Assembly: GCA_052034805.1 (NCBI GenBank)
Contig: JBPOID010000004.1
Location: 23,236 to 87,235, forward strand
Origin: Candidatus Tayloriibacteriota bacterium
GTDB taxonomy: Bacteria; Patescibacteriota; Minisyncoccia; Phycocordibacterales; PALSA-1337
Direction: 5' to 3'
Length of the DNA: 64,000 nucleotides
Within the stretch, counting starts at the first letter, position 1. Each line of letters opens with the position of its first letter. Made by a program: the position numbers and the translations under genes. The notes below the pieces were generated by a model. It had not been told where the DNA came from. It made no database searches and saw nothing but the letters and a program-made list of their open reading frames with translations. Positions 56,228 to 64,000 of this stretch are shown here, piece by piece.

Positions 56228-57442
56228 CTAAATCTCAGTTATATCTCTAGGTGAGAAAAGATTAACAGTCCATTCAACTGCTATCTTTACTCTATTTCTC
56301 CATGAATGAAAATTGAATAGATATATAGTTCTCCATAACCACCACATAAAAGGTCCTTTAAGTGTAATACCTGATATTTTTCCCGCCGCATACCATTGAC
56401 CCAAAGATACTAATAATCCTTTTTCTTTGAATTTGAATGGTGTAAGAGGTTTATTCGATATTGTATATATAATATTCTCGGCTACATTCTTGCTTTGTTG
56501 TACTGCAACTTGAGCAAGCATAGGTAATGTTCCAGAAACATCCCCCAATGCGAATACATTATCTTTTACTCGCAAATACTCATCTATTTTTATTCTTCCA
56601 GATTTTTCTAATTCTATACCTTCTATATTTGGTGATTTTGGCTTTACACCAGCTACCCATATTATAGTGTCGGCTACTACAGAAGAACCATCCTTTAATA
56701 TTATTTTTCCTGATTCTACAGAAGTCACTGCTGTATCAACCATAACATTCACACCTTTTCTTATAAGTTCTTTATGAGCTATACTCTGTAATTTGATAGG
56801 GAATTGTGGTAATACATCTTTGCTTGCGGCTACTAGATTTACCTTCATATGATTTCTTTCGAATCCACACATTTTGTAATACGAGCATAATGTTTCATGC
56901 ATGAATTCTACAAGTTCCGCGGCTAATTCTACTCCAGTAGGACCTCCGCCGACTATTATTGTAGAAAGGATTTTGGTTTTCTCTTCATTATCTTTTATGA
57001 TTGAAGCTTTTTTGCAATTATTCAATAAAGTTCTTCTTATAGATATTGCATCTGTTAGGTTTTTCAAGGTAAAAGAATTTTCTTTTGCTCCATTAGTTCC
57101 ATAATAATTCGTTTCTGCTCCAGAAGATATAACAAGATAATCATAAGATAGAGTTTTTGTTCCTGTGGCTATCTCTCTTCTTTCTGTATTTATAGATAAA
57201 ACTTCATCTTGAATAAAGTTCACATCAATACCTCTCAATATTTCTTCTATCGGTTCTACTACATTTGTAGGTGATAGACCCCCAGTTGCAACTTCATGCA
57301 ATAATGGAGTAAATAAGAAATAATTTTCTTTATTTATAAGAGTTACTTCAGCAAAACCACTTTTTATAATTGGTTTCAAATATTTTGCAGTATAAACACC
57401 ACCGAAACCACCACCTATAATTATTATTTTTACTTTATTCAT
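56228..57442 (-). CDS. ndh: Type II NADH:quinone oxidoreductase (NDH-2)-like FAD-dependent oxidoreductase
   Basis: Two Rossmann dinucleotide motifs (IIIIGGGFGG; IVGGGPTGVE), C-terminal amphipathic / membrane-anchoring tail; 404 aa. Its start overlaps the upstream permease gene by 8 nt. Confidence 0.8.
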   Translation of the reverse strand: MNKVKIIIIGGGFGGVYTAKYLKPIIKSGFAEVTLINKENYFLFTPLLHEVATGGLSPTNVVEPIEEILRGIDVNFIQDEVLSINTERREIATGTKTLSYDYLVISSGAETNYYGTNGAKENSFTLKNLTDAISIRRTLLNNCKKASIIKDNEEKTKILSTIIVGGGPTGVELAAELVEFMHETLCSYYKMCGFERNHMKVNLVAASKDVLPQFPIKLQSIAHKELIRKGVNVMVDTAVTSVESGKIILKDGSSVVADTIIWVAGVKPKSPNIEGIELEKSGRIKIDEYLRVKDNVFALGDVSGTLPMLAQVAVQQSKNVAENIIYTISNKPLTPFKFKEKGLLVSLGQWYAAGKISGITLKGPFMWWLWRTIYLFNFHSWRNRVKIAVEWTVNLFSPRDITEI

Positions 57443-58646
57443 ATCTTAATGCTTCTATTGGATTTAATTTTGAGGCTCTTCGAGCAGGGTAATACCCGAA
57501 AGCTATACCAATAATAGCAGATACTCCGAAAGCTAGCACTATCGATAATAGGGAAACTTTTGTCTGTATAAGTCCAAGAGTTGTAACTATAGTTGCTACA
57601 GCCCAACCCAAAGTTATCCCTATAGCGCCACCTATAATAGTTAATGCTACAGCTTCTACCAAGAATTGCAGACTAATATCTTTTCCTTTTGCACCGATTG
57701 CTTTACGCAAACCTATTTCTTTTGTTCTTTCTGTTACTGTTGTAAGCATCATATTCATAATACCTATTCCACCAACAACAAGCGAAATACTTGCTATAGC
57801 AGCTAGGAATAATGTGAATGCATCCGTAACCTGATTAAGTGTCCCTAGAATATCAGCTTGAGAAATAATAGAGAAATCAGCTTCGGTAACTCTATGCTTT
57901 TTTATAAGTAATGTAGTTGCTATATCTTTTATATCGCTCATTGTATCTTTGTCAAAAACACTAACAGCTATTGTAGATAGATAATCAACACCAGTTAGGA
58001 CTTTTTGCATTGTAGATAATGGTATGAATATCATATCGTCTTGATTTGCGAATCCAGATCCTCCTTTTGATTCCAATACACCTATAACCTTGAATATCAC
58101 ACCGTTTATCTTTATTGTTTTGCCCAAGGCAGAATCTCCAGCAAAAAGATCATTAGAAACTGTAGATCCTATAACAGCTACTTTTGCTAAACTATTATCT
58201 TGGCTTGATGTAAAGAATACACCGTCTGAAGTTACTAGATTTCTTACTGTAGAATATTCTGCTACAGTTCCTATTACAGTTGAATTAGTATTATTACCAA
58301 TAGATGAAACTATTTGGAATCTTCTATCCAGTTCTGGTGCAACGAGATTTACTCCATCTATTGATTTCAATACGTCTACATCTTCATTTTTCAAACTTTG
58401 TGCAGCTCCACGTCCCGAAGACACTATACCTCTACCTGGTTGTAATGCTCCTGGATATATTGTTAATAGATTAGATCCCAATCCTTCTATACTTGATTGT
58501 ATAGAAGCTTGAGCACCTTGTCCTATGGATACCATAGCTATAACTGAACCTATACCTATTATGATACCTAACATTGTTAGGGAAGTGCGCACCTTATTTG
58601 CTGTTAGTGCTGAGAATGTCTCATGCATTATATCTCTAGTTGTCAT
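57435..58646 (-). CDS. ABC transporter permease, MacB/FtsX family
   Basis: 403 aa; TM1, large periplasmic domain, three C-terminal TMs, C-terminal YPARRASKLNPIEALRYE. Confidence 0.85.
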   Translation of the reverse strand: MTTRDIMHETFSALTANKVRTSLTMLGIIIGIGSVIAMVSIGQGAQASIQSSIEGLGSNLLTIYPGALQPGRGIVSSGRGAAQSLKNEDVDVLKSIDGVNLVAPELDRRFQIVSSIGNNTNSTVIGTVAEYSTVRNLVTSDGVFFTSSQDNSLAKVAVIGSTVSNDLFAGDSALGKTIKINGVIFKVIGVLESKGGSGFANQDDMIFIPLSTMQKVLTGVDYLSTIAVSVFDKDTMSDIKDIATTLLIKKHRVTEADFSIISQADILGTLNQVTDAFTLFLAAIASISLVVGGIGIMNMMLTTVTERTKEIGLRKAIGAKGKDISLQFLVEAVALTIIGGAIGITLGWAVATIVTTLGLIQTKVSLLSIVLAFGVSAIIGIAFGYYPARRASKLNPIEALRYE

Positions 58647-58647
58647 A

Positions 58648-59352
58648 TTATTGATTTACTTTTCTTTTTTTATGATTACGACCATCTTCCACAATCATTC
58701 CATCACGTATATGTATTATTCTATCAGCATGTTCAGCTACATCTCTTTCATGTGTTATGAGAACTATTGTACATCCGAAGTCTCTGTTTAATGATTCGAA
58801 TGTTCCTAACACTATATTTCCAGTAGCTGTATCTAGATTTCCAGTTGGTTCATCGGCAAGTATTAGAGAAGGATTATTCACCAATGCACGAGCTATGGCA
58901 ACTCTCTGTATTTGCCCTCCTGATAATTGATTTGATTTGTGATTGAATCTATCTTCTGACATACCAGCACTAAGCAATGCTTTTTTAGCTCTAGTTTCTC
59001 TTTCTTTTTCTGGTATACCTGCATAGACTAGTGGTAACGTTACATTTCGTAACACTGTCGCTCTCGGTAGTAGATTGAAAGCCTGAAACACGAAACCTAT
59101 TTTATCTCTTCTTATTGTAGCTAGTTCATCATCAGATAATTTCGATACATCATGATTGTCTAATTTGTATGTTCCTGAAGTAGGAGTATCCAATGCACCC
59201 AATATATGCATCAATGTAGATTTTCCAGATCCTGATGGACCCATTATAGCTACGAATTCTCCATCCTCTATATTGAAACTAACTCCATTTAAAGCATGAG
59301 TTTCATTATCCCCGCTAATATACGTCTTTTTTATATTTTTTATTTCTATCAT
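58648..59352 (-). CDS. ABC transporter ATP-binding protein (MacB/LolD-type)
   Basis: [41 protein letters not shown]; 234 aa. Confidence 0.9.
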   Translation of the reverse strand: MIEIKNIKKTYISGDNETHALNGVSFNIEDGEFVAIMGPSGSGKSTLMHILGALDTPTSGTYKLDNHDVSKLSDDELATIRRDKIGFVFQAFNLLPRATVLRNVTLPLVYAGIPEKERETRAKKALLSAGMSEDRFNHKSNQLSGGQIQRVAIARALVNNPSLILADEPTGNLDTATGNIVLGTFESLNRDFGCTIVLITHERDVAEHADRIIHIRDGMIVEDGRNHKKRKVNQ

Positions 59353-59365
59353 TTTAGATTGAATC

Positions 59366-60976
59366 TTATCTAGGCACAGCTCCAGTATTATTTCTTCTTT
59401 GATTATTTCCTAAACCACTAAATAATGATGGGGCAGTGCTTGTTTTCGCTACTCCTGTAAAAGTTTTTACAATTATTTTATCACCTTCGTTTAACCCGCT
59501 ACTTATTTCGGTATTTGTGTCATCTGTATTTCCGACTGTAACTGGTAATTGTGTAACTTTCTTATTTGTACCCATTATTTCTACATAACTTTTCTGTTGC
59601 TTTGATATTGTTCTTGTCTTCACTGCACTAGAAGGTACGACAATAACATCATTTATTTCTTTTACGGTTATAGTTACATCAGTACTCATTCCAGCACGCA
59701 CTCTAGCATCATTATCTTCAAAGACTATTTTTACATTATATGTAACCACTCCTTGGCTAGCTGTTCCTATAAGATCTACTTGAGTCACTTCTCCATCCAT
59801 AGTAAGACCAGGTATAGCATCAAATGTTAATTTTACTTTCTGACCCGCTACTACCTTTACAGCATCAACTTCGTTCAATGGTATATTTGTTATCTTTTTA
59901 TTACTAGATATTGTGGCTATAGTAGTTCCAGAACCGGCTTGCTCATACACATTTACAGGTATTCTACCTATAACACCATCAAATGGTGCTCTTATGAAAT
60001 ATTTTGCATAGTTTCTTTCTTTTTGAGCCAGAGATATTTTCTGAGCTTGTATATCTAGATCATCTGCGCCTTTCACAAGATTATTCAATGCATCTTTATA
60101 GCTATCTATATTATTTATAGAAGATACAAGGCTTGATAAATCACTGTTTATTGTACTTGACCATGTTGTGACATTTGTCTTTGCTAATGTCGCTTGGGAA
60201 GTGTTCAGATCTGGCTGGCTTGAATATATGAATGCAACAGCATTTTGAGAATCTTTTAGAGCTTCAGCAAATAATTTTGTTAAATCATAAGTTTGAGATA
60301 GAAATGCGTCTATTGTATTTTTATCACTTGCTCTGGATAGATCTTTATAGTCATTTAACAGTGAATCATATTTGTATTTAGCTTTATAATAACTATTATT
60401 AGCTATTGTTCTATAACCTTGACCTGTATAAGTCATATTTACAGATTGATTATCGCTCAGATATCCACTACTGTTTGATAATAAACTTTTTAATCCATCG
60501 TCAATAGCTGTTATATCTATAAAAGCATCTGATATTGCACTTAAAGCATCATTGTATGATTTTGCTACATTATTTTCTGCATTTACCATATCTCCTTCAT
60601 CTGCAGGTTTAACAAGCTTTGCATATGCTATACGAGCATTCTCTAGGTCTAGAAGGGAATCACGAGAATCTATAGTAGCTATTAGATCACCAGTTTTTAC
60701 TATTTGTCCTACTTTAGAATTTATGGATAGAATTTTGCCAGAGACTTCACTTGTTATATCTATTTGATTTTCTGATGATACTTGACCACTACCTGTAACT
60801 GTCTCCACTATGGATCCTTTCTTGGCGGTATCATATATATATTGTGTTGTTGTAGATGAACCGAAAACAGATTTTATTATAGAATATCCCACGATAATTA
60901 TAATCATTATAACTATAGTACTTATAATTTTATGATTAACAATATATTTTTTTGCTTTATTTAATATTATTTTCAT
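59366..60976 (-). CDS. HlyD/MacA-like periplasmic adaptor (membrane fusion protein) with an extended coiled coil
   Basis: N-terminal TM, biotinyl/lipoyl-like and beta-barrel segments flanking a long helical hairpin; 536 aa; operon context with an ABC/MacB pair. Confidence 0.75.
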   Translation of the reverse strand: MKIILNKAKKYIVNHKIISTIVIMIIIIVGYSIIKSVFGSSTTTQYIYDTAKKGSIVETVTGSGQVSSENQIDITSEVSGKILSINSKVGQIVKTGDLIATIDSRDSLLDLENARIAYAKLVKPADEGDMVNAENNVAKSYNDALSAISDAFIDITAIDDGLKSLLSNSSGYLSDNQSVNMTYTGQGYRTIANNSYYKAKYKYDSLLNDYKDLSRASDKNTIDAFLSQTYDLTKLFAEALKDSQNAVAFIYSSQPDLNTSQATLAKTNVTTWSSTINSDLSSLVSSINNIDSYKDALNNLVKGADDLDIQAQKISLAQKERNYAKYFIRAPFDGVIGRIPVNVYEQAGSGTTIATISSNKKITNIPLNEVDAVKVVAGQKVKLTFDAIPGLTMDGEVTQVDLIGTASQGVVTYNVKIVFEDNDARVRAGMSTDVTITVKEINDVIVVPSSAVKTRTISKQQKSYVEIMGTNKKVTQLPVTVGNTDDTNTEISSGLNEGDKIIVKTFTGVAKTSTAPSLFSGLGNNQRRNNTGAVPR

Positions 60977-61494
60977 TATTTTATTGGAAGTATTCTAATA
61001 AGTTTAGCTGTTATTTCTCCATTTTGTGTTGGAGATCCAACTACTATAATATTATCATCAATTTTGATATCTGTTGTAGTGCCATTATTTCTGAATTGTC
61101 TAATAAGTGTGTCTTTGTTTGTTAATACTATTCTCTCTATATTATCACTTCCTTCAACTACTATATTTGATCCATTTATCTTTATTACTTTACCAGATAC
61201 ACCATATCCTGAAGGCATCATTTCGCCATTGAATGATCCATCCATCATTCCATTTCCGAATCCATTCATCATGCCTTTTCTGAAATCTGGTCTTTGTCCG
61301 CCGAAATTCTTATAGAAATTATCACCAAATCCATAAGAAAATGAAGCTTTTCTCAATCCTATAGACATTCCTGCTTGGAATACGAATATCAATACTATAA
61401 GTGATAATATGATTGTAAGTATTGGCTTTGTTAATTTATTTTTCATAAGATTATTTACTATACTATTTTCTTTTTTTGAATTATCTTTTTCCAT
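60976..61494 (-). CDS. Membrane-anchored hypothetical protein with a G/M/N-rich linker
   Basis: 172 aa; TM helix; GMMNGFGNGMMDGSFNGEMM low-complexity. Confidence 0.5.
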   Translation of the reverse strand: MEKDNSKKENSIVNNLMKNKLTKPILTIILSLIVLIFVFQAGMSIGLRKASFSYGFGDNFYKNFGGQRPDFRKGMMNGFGNGMMDGSFNGEMMPSGYGVSGKVIKINGSNIVVEGSDNIERIVLTNKDTLIRQFRNNGTTTDIKIDDNIIVVGSPTQNGEITAKLIRILPIK

Positions 61495-61499
61495 ATATT

Positions 61500-61907
61500 T
61501 TATATTGTTATTATTATTCTTATATTTTTATTTAGACTTGATAATGACCAAATAAATACTCCCAAGATAGCCAGAGATATCGCTATGGCAAAGAAAGGCA
61601 AAGAGCTTGTCACAAGCATTATGAATTCTTTCCAATATGACAATAAAGCCGAACTATCATAATAAATAAGTGATACATATTCATAGAAACCAGATATTCT
61701 AAGAGATTCTAATAAGCTCTTTATTACAGGCATCATTACTAGTACAGATGCGATAAATAAAGTACTTGCATAAACTATTTTGAATATCAATATTTTCTTT
61801 TTTTCTTTATTAATCCTTAGGATTATTGATTCTTCTAATCCCTTTGGAATGTCTATATATCCCATACTCATATCTTTATATACGTTATTATTTTTATTTT
61901 GGTGCAT
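61500..61907 (-). CDS. Putative anti-sigma factor (small multi-TM protein whose start overlaps the ECF sigma gene)
   Basis: 135 aa; 14-nt overlap with the upstream sigma gene; two or three TM helices; assignment by context only. Confidence 0.4.
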   Translation of the reverse strand: MHQNKNNNVYKDMSMGYIDIPKGLEESIILRINKEKKKILIFKIVYASTLFIASVLVMMPVIKSLLESLRISGFYEYVSLIYYDSSALLSYWKEFIMLVTSSLPFFAIAISLAILGVFIWSLSSLNKNIRIIITI

Positions 61908-62475
61908 TTTCTATATATTTCTTTAAAATAATAATACCTCTTCTATACTGACTCTTAACTGTATTCATCGGTTTTCCTAATACACTAGCTATTTCTTCAA
62001 AGGTCATTTCTTCATTATTCTTTAATAGTATTATAGTTCTTTGATTTACTGATATATTTTTCAATGCTTCGTTTAAAATGTCTCTTTTATTTCTTGATTC
62101 TTCTTCATTTATGAGTATTTCTTCTTGCAAAATATTTTCATCTTTTATATTTTCCTCAAATGAATTGGTATTTTCTTCATTATCATCAAGACTTGAGAAG
62201 AGTAGGGGTTTTCTTTTTCTAATCCAATCTATTGTTGTATTTCTAGCTATAGAAAATATCCAAGGCTTGAATTCTTTATTTAAATTAAATTTCTTCAAAT
62301 TTTTCCAGACTTTTATAAAGGTTTCTTGAGTTATATCTTTTGCTTCATTTTCTTCATAACATATGTGATATATAAAATTATAAATCGGTTTTGTATAGAG
62401 AAAAACAAGACTTTTCAAAGCTTCTTCGTCACCATTCAGGTATTCTTTTATTAGTTTTGTATCATAGTCTTTCAT
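61894..62475 (-). CDS. RNA polymerase sigma-70 factor, ECF subfamily
   Basis: Region 2 (YTKPIYNFIYHICYEENEAKDITQETFIKVWKN) and region 4 HTH (MTFEEIASVLGKPMNTVKSQYRRG); 193 aa. Confidence 0.85.
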   Translation of the reverse strand: MKDYDTKLIKEYLNGDEEALKSLVFLYTKPIYNFIYHICYEENEAKDITQETFIKVWKNLKKFNLNKEFKPWIFSIARNTTIDWIRKRKPLLFSSLDDNEENTNSFEENIKDENILQEEILINEEESRNKRDILNEALKNISVNQRTIILLKNNEEMTFEEIASVLGKPMNTVKSQYRRGIIILKKYIENAPK

Positions 62476-62563
62476 AGTCTTTCTTTTAGAAATTATACCA
62501 TTTAAACCTTATTTTTACCCATTTTTTCAACATTGACTTTACATAAATATTCATGCTATAATT

Positions 62564-62998
62564 ATGCCAGATATGAGGACATTGAGATTTTTGGGAAACC
62601 TTTTGGGGTTGGTGTTGTTGCTTGTCTCCGGCGTCGGTTGTGGTACCGTCGGAGACGCGCGGACTGTCGCCTATTGGCGATCTGATCCGTTATGTGATAC
62701 AAGGGTGGAAGTAGATCCGAACAACTTTGTTCGGAGAAGCTCGACCTATGTGTCGAACTTGGACGGGAGTTACCAATACTCTCACAGTCAGGGTACGGAC
62801 ATTTACGTAACCCAGACATGGTCCCCATGCGTGGGGAATAGAACCGAGGTACGTCAGAGTACCTACAGTAACACAAGTACCTATCAGAGTTCTGGTTCGT
62901 ACTATCCCTATCCCACCTTTACTTCCGGTGCTGGAGTATATGGTGGTTACAATTATGGTGGTAGTAGTATCCCACCCGGTAGAGGAATCTATCGTTAA
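62564..62998 (+). CDS. Small secreted / lipoprotein-like S/T/Y/G-rich protein encoded in a strongly GC-rich island
   Basis: 144 aa; signal peptide ...LLLVSGVGCG; local GC well above background. The antisense ORF 62562-62876 is judged spurious. Confidence 0.5.
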   Translation: MPDMRTLRFLGNLLGLVLLLVSGVGCGTVGDARTVAYWRSDPLCDTRVEVDPNNFVRRSSTYVSNLDGSYQYSHSQGTDIYVTQTWSPCVGNRTEVRQSTYSNTSTYQSSGSYYPYPTFTSGAGVYGGYNYGGSSIPPGRGIYR

Positions 62999-63005
62999 TA
63001 AGTTT

Positions 63006-63115
63006 CCGGTCTCGAGAGGGGACTCCCCACCTCTCTCATGGGAGAGAGGACTCCAAACCCCTCTCCGACCGGTTGCCGGTGTCGCTCTACCAAGAGTGGC
63101 ACCGGTTAATTTTTT
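63006..63115 (+). terminator. GC-rich nested palindrome (63006-63072) followed by a rho-independent terminator hairpin ccggtgtcgctctacc-aagagtggcaccgg plus T-run
   Basis: Outer arms ccggtctcgagagggg / cccctctccgaccgg, inner arms cctctctc / gagagagg; second hairpin then ttaatttttt. Confidence 0.55.
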
Positions 63116-63153
63116 ATATATTACTTTTTTATTTTTATGATATAGTTTTTATA

Positions 63154-63591
63154 ATGAAATCAATAATATCAAAATCAATCAATGAAACAGAGAAATTCGT
63201 AAAAGATTGGTTTTATTCTATAAATAAAAATACAGAAGAAGCGACTCTAATATGTCTCTATGGAAATCTAGGTAGTGGCAAAACTACTTTCACACAATCT
63301 TTAGCCAAAGAATTAGGTGTAAAAGAATTCGTTACCAGTCCTACATTTGTTATAGAAAAGATATACGAAACTCAAAATAAAGATTTTAAAAGATTGATAC
63401 ATATAGATGCATATAGATTAAATGGTGGTAAGGAATTACAAATATTAGGTTTTGAAGAATTGATCAATAATACAAATAATCTAATAGTCATAGAATGGCC
63501 TGAGAATGTAATAGATATTTTACCTGAAAATCATATAAAGATTCACTGCGAATTTGTCAATGAAAATTCTAGAAAATTTGATGTACAATAG
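63154..63591 (+). CDS. tsaE: tRNA t6A37 biosynthesis protein TsaE (start trimmed to MKSIISK; the longer ORF-track call overlaps the terminator)
   Basis: P-loop LYGNLGSGKTTF and SPTFVI motif. Confidence 0.8.
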   Translation: MKSIISKSINETEKFVKDWFYSINKNTEEATLICLYGNLGSGKTTFTQSLAKELGVKEFVTSPTFVIEKIYETQNKDFKRLIHIDAYRLNGGKELQILGFEELINNTNNLIVIEWPENVIDILPENHIKIHCEFVNENSRKFDVQ

Positions 63592-63599
63592 AGGGGATA

Positions 63600-64000
63600 A
63601 TGGCAAAAGAAAAGATAAAAGAAAATAAAGCGAAAAAGCTTGTATTACTTGATTCACACGCTATTCTTCATCGTGCTTATCATGCATTACCTGATTTTGC
63701 TTCTAGTAAAGGCGAACCTACAGGTGCATTGTATGGTCTCACTACTATGCTTATGAAAATAGTAGATGATATAGAACCTGATTATATAGTAGCTTGTTAT
63801 GATCTTCCTGGACCTACATTCCGCAATGAAGTGTATAAAGAATATAAAGCTGGCAGGAAGAAAGCCGAAGACGATCTCATTTCTCAAATGAAACGTTCCA
63901 GAGATATATTCAAAGCTTTCAATATTCCTATTTATGATAAACCAGGCTTTGAGGCGGATGATATGCTCGGCACTATTGTAGAGCAAATGAAAGACAATAA
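63600..64000 (+). CDS. polA: DNA polymerase I, 5'-3' exonuclease domain (partial; continues past the window end)
   Basis: Manual translation from ATG 63600: MAKEKIKENKAKKLVLLDSHAILHRAYHALPDFASSKGEPTGALYGLTTML... is a typical Pol I / FEN N-terminus. Confidence 0.85.
   Translation, partial: MAKEKIKENKAKKLVLLDSHAILHRAYHALPDFASSKGEPTGALYGLTTMLMKIVDDIEPDYIVACYDLPGPTFRNEVYKEYKAGRKKAEDDLISQMKRSRDIFKAFNIPIYDKPGFEADDMLGTIVEQMKDN

Noticed and set aside
62562-63140. Two long overlapping or antisense ORFs (62562-62876 minus, 104 aa; 62928-63140 plus, 70 aa) in the GC-rich island
   Set aside because: Arg/Ser/Pro-rich products typical of random open frames in GC-rich DNA. They are antisense to or overlap the better-supported signal-peptide ORF 62564-62998 and the terminator palindrome.
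1-64000. CRISPR arrays, rRNA genes, transposases / IS elements, prophage structural genes
   Set aside because: No short regularly spaced direct repeats, no rRNA-like conserved stretches, and no transposase or phage capsid/terminase-like ORFs were recognised in any frame.

Overview
This is an AT-rich (about 30% GC) bacterial chromosomal window of 64 kb with dense housekeeping gene content. TGA is used as a stop codon (for example pnp and comM end in TGA) and RF2 (prfB) is present, so standard code 11. The window contains the replication origin: rpmH-rnpA-yidC on the minus strand, dnaA-dnaN-DUF721 on the plus strand, and TTATC[C/A]ACA DnaA-box clusters on both sides of dnaA. Recognisable genes include rsmE, clpP, rny, hup, a five-tRNA set (Gly-TCC, Pro-TGG, Gly-GCC, Arg-TCG, Thr-CGT), cca, xth, xerC/D-type recombinase, rpsO, an NYN-domain protein, pnp (no S1 domain), comM, a LysM/M23 peptidase, uvrD/pcrA, rsmA, yidC, rnpA, PBP1A, tyrS, ruvC-yebC-ruvB, a PilB/GspE ATPase, prfB, ftsEX, pyrG, tsaE and the start of polA. 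The most distinctive accessory content is an 11-gene plus-strand operon (25.2-37.4 kb) immediately left of the origin. It encodes a type IV secretion-like apparatus: a VirB6/TrbL-like polytopic membrane protein, a VirB3-like gene, a VirB4 ATPase split into two ORFs, a VirB2/TrbC-like pilin fused to a coiled coil, and several secreted or membrane proteins of unknown function. No relaxase or coupling protein is present. Other notable items: an inverted (tail-to-tail) duplication of a GTG-started secreted-protein gene together with its promoter and leader (3.8-5.5 kb); a protein made of three tandem DUF74/YbjQ domains; an ECF sigma / anti-sigma-like / MFP / ABC / MacB-like efflux operon ending in an overlapping NDH-2 gene; two short GC-rich islands (53.6-54.3 kb and 62.56-63.1 kb); and two gene-free GC-enriched segments flanking xth-xerC that look like structured RNA genes of undetermined identity. 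Overall gene content and the reduced protein architectures are consistent with a Patescibacteria/CPR-like organism; this is inference.
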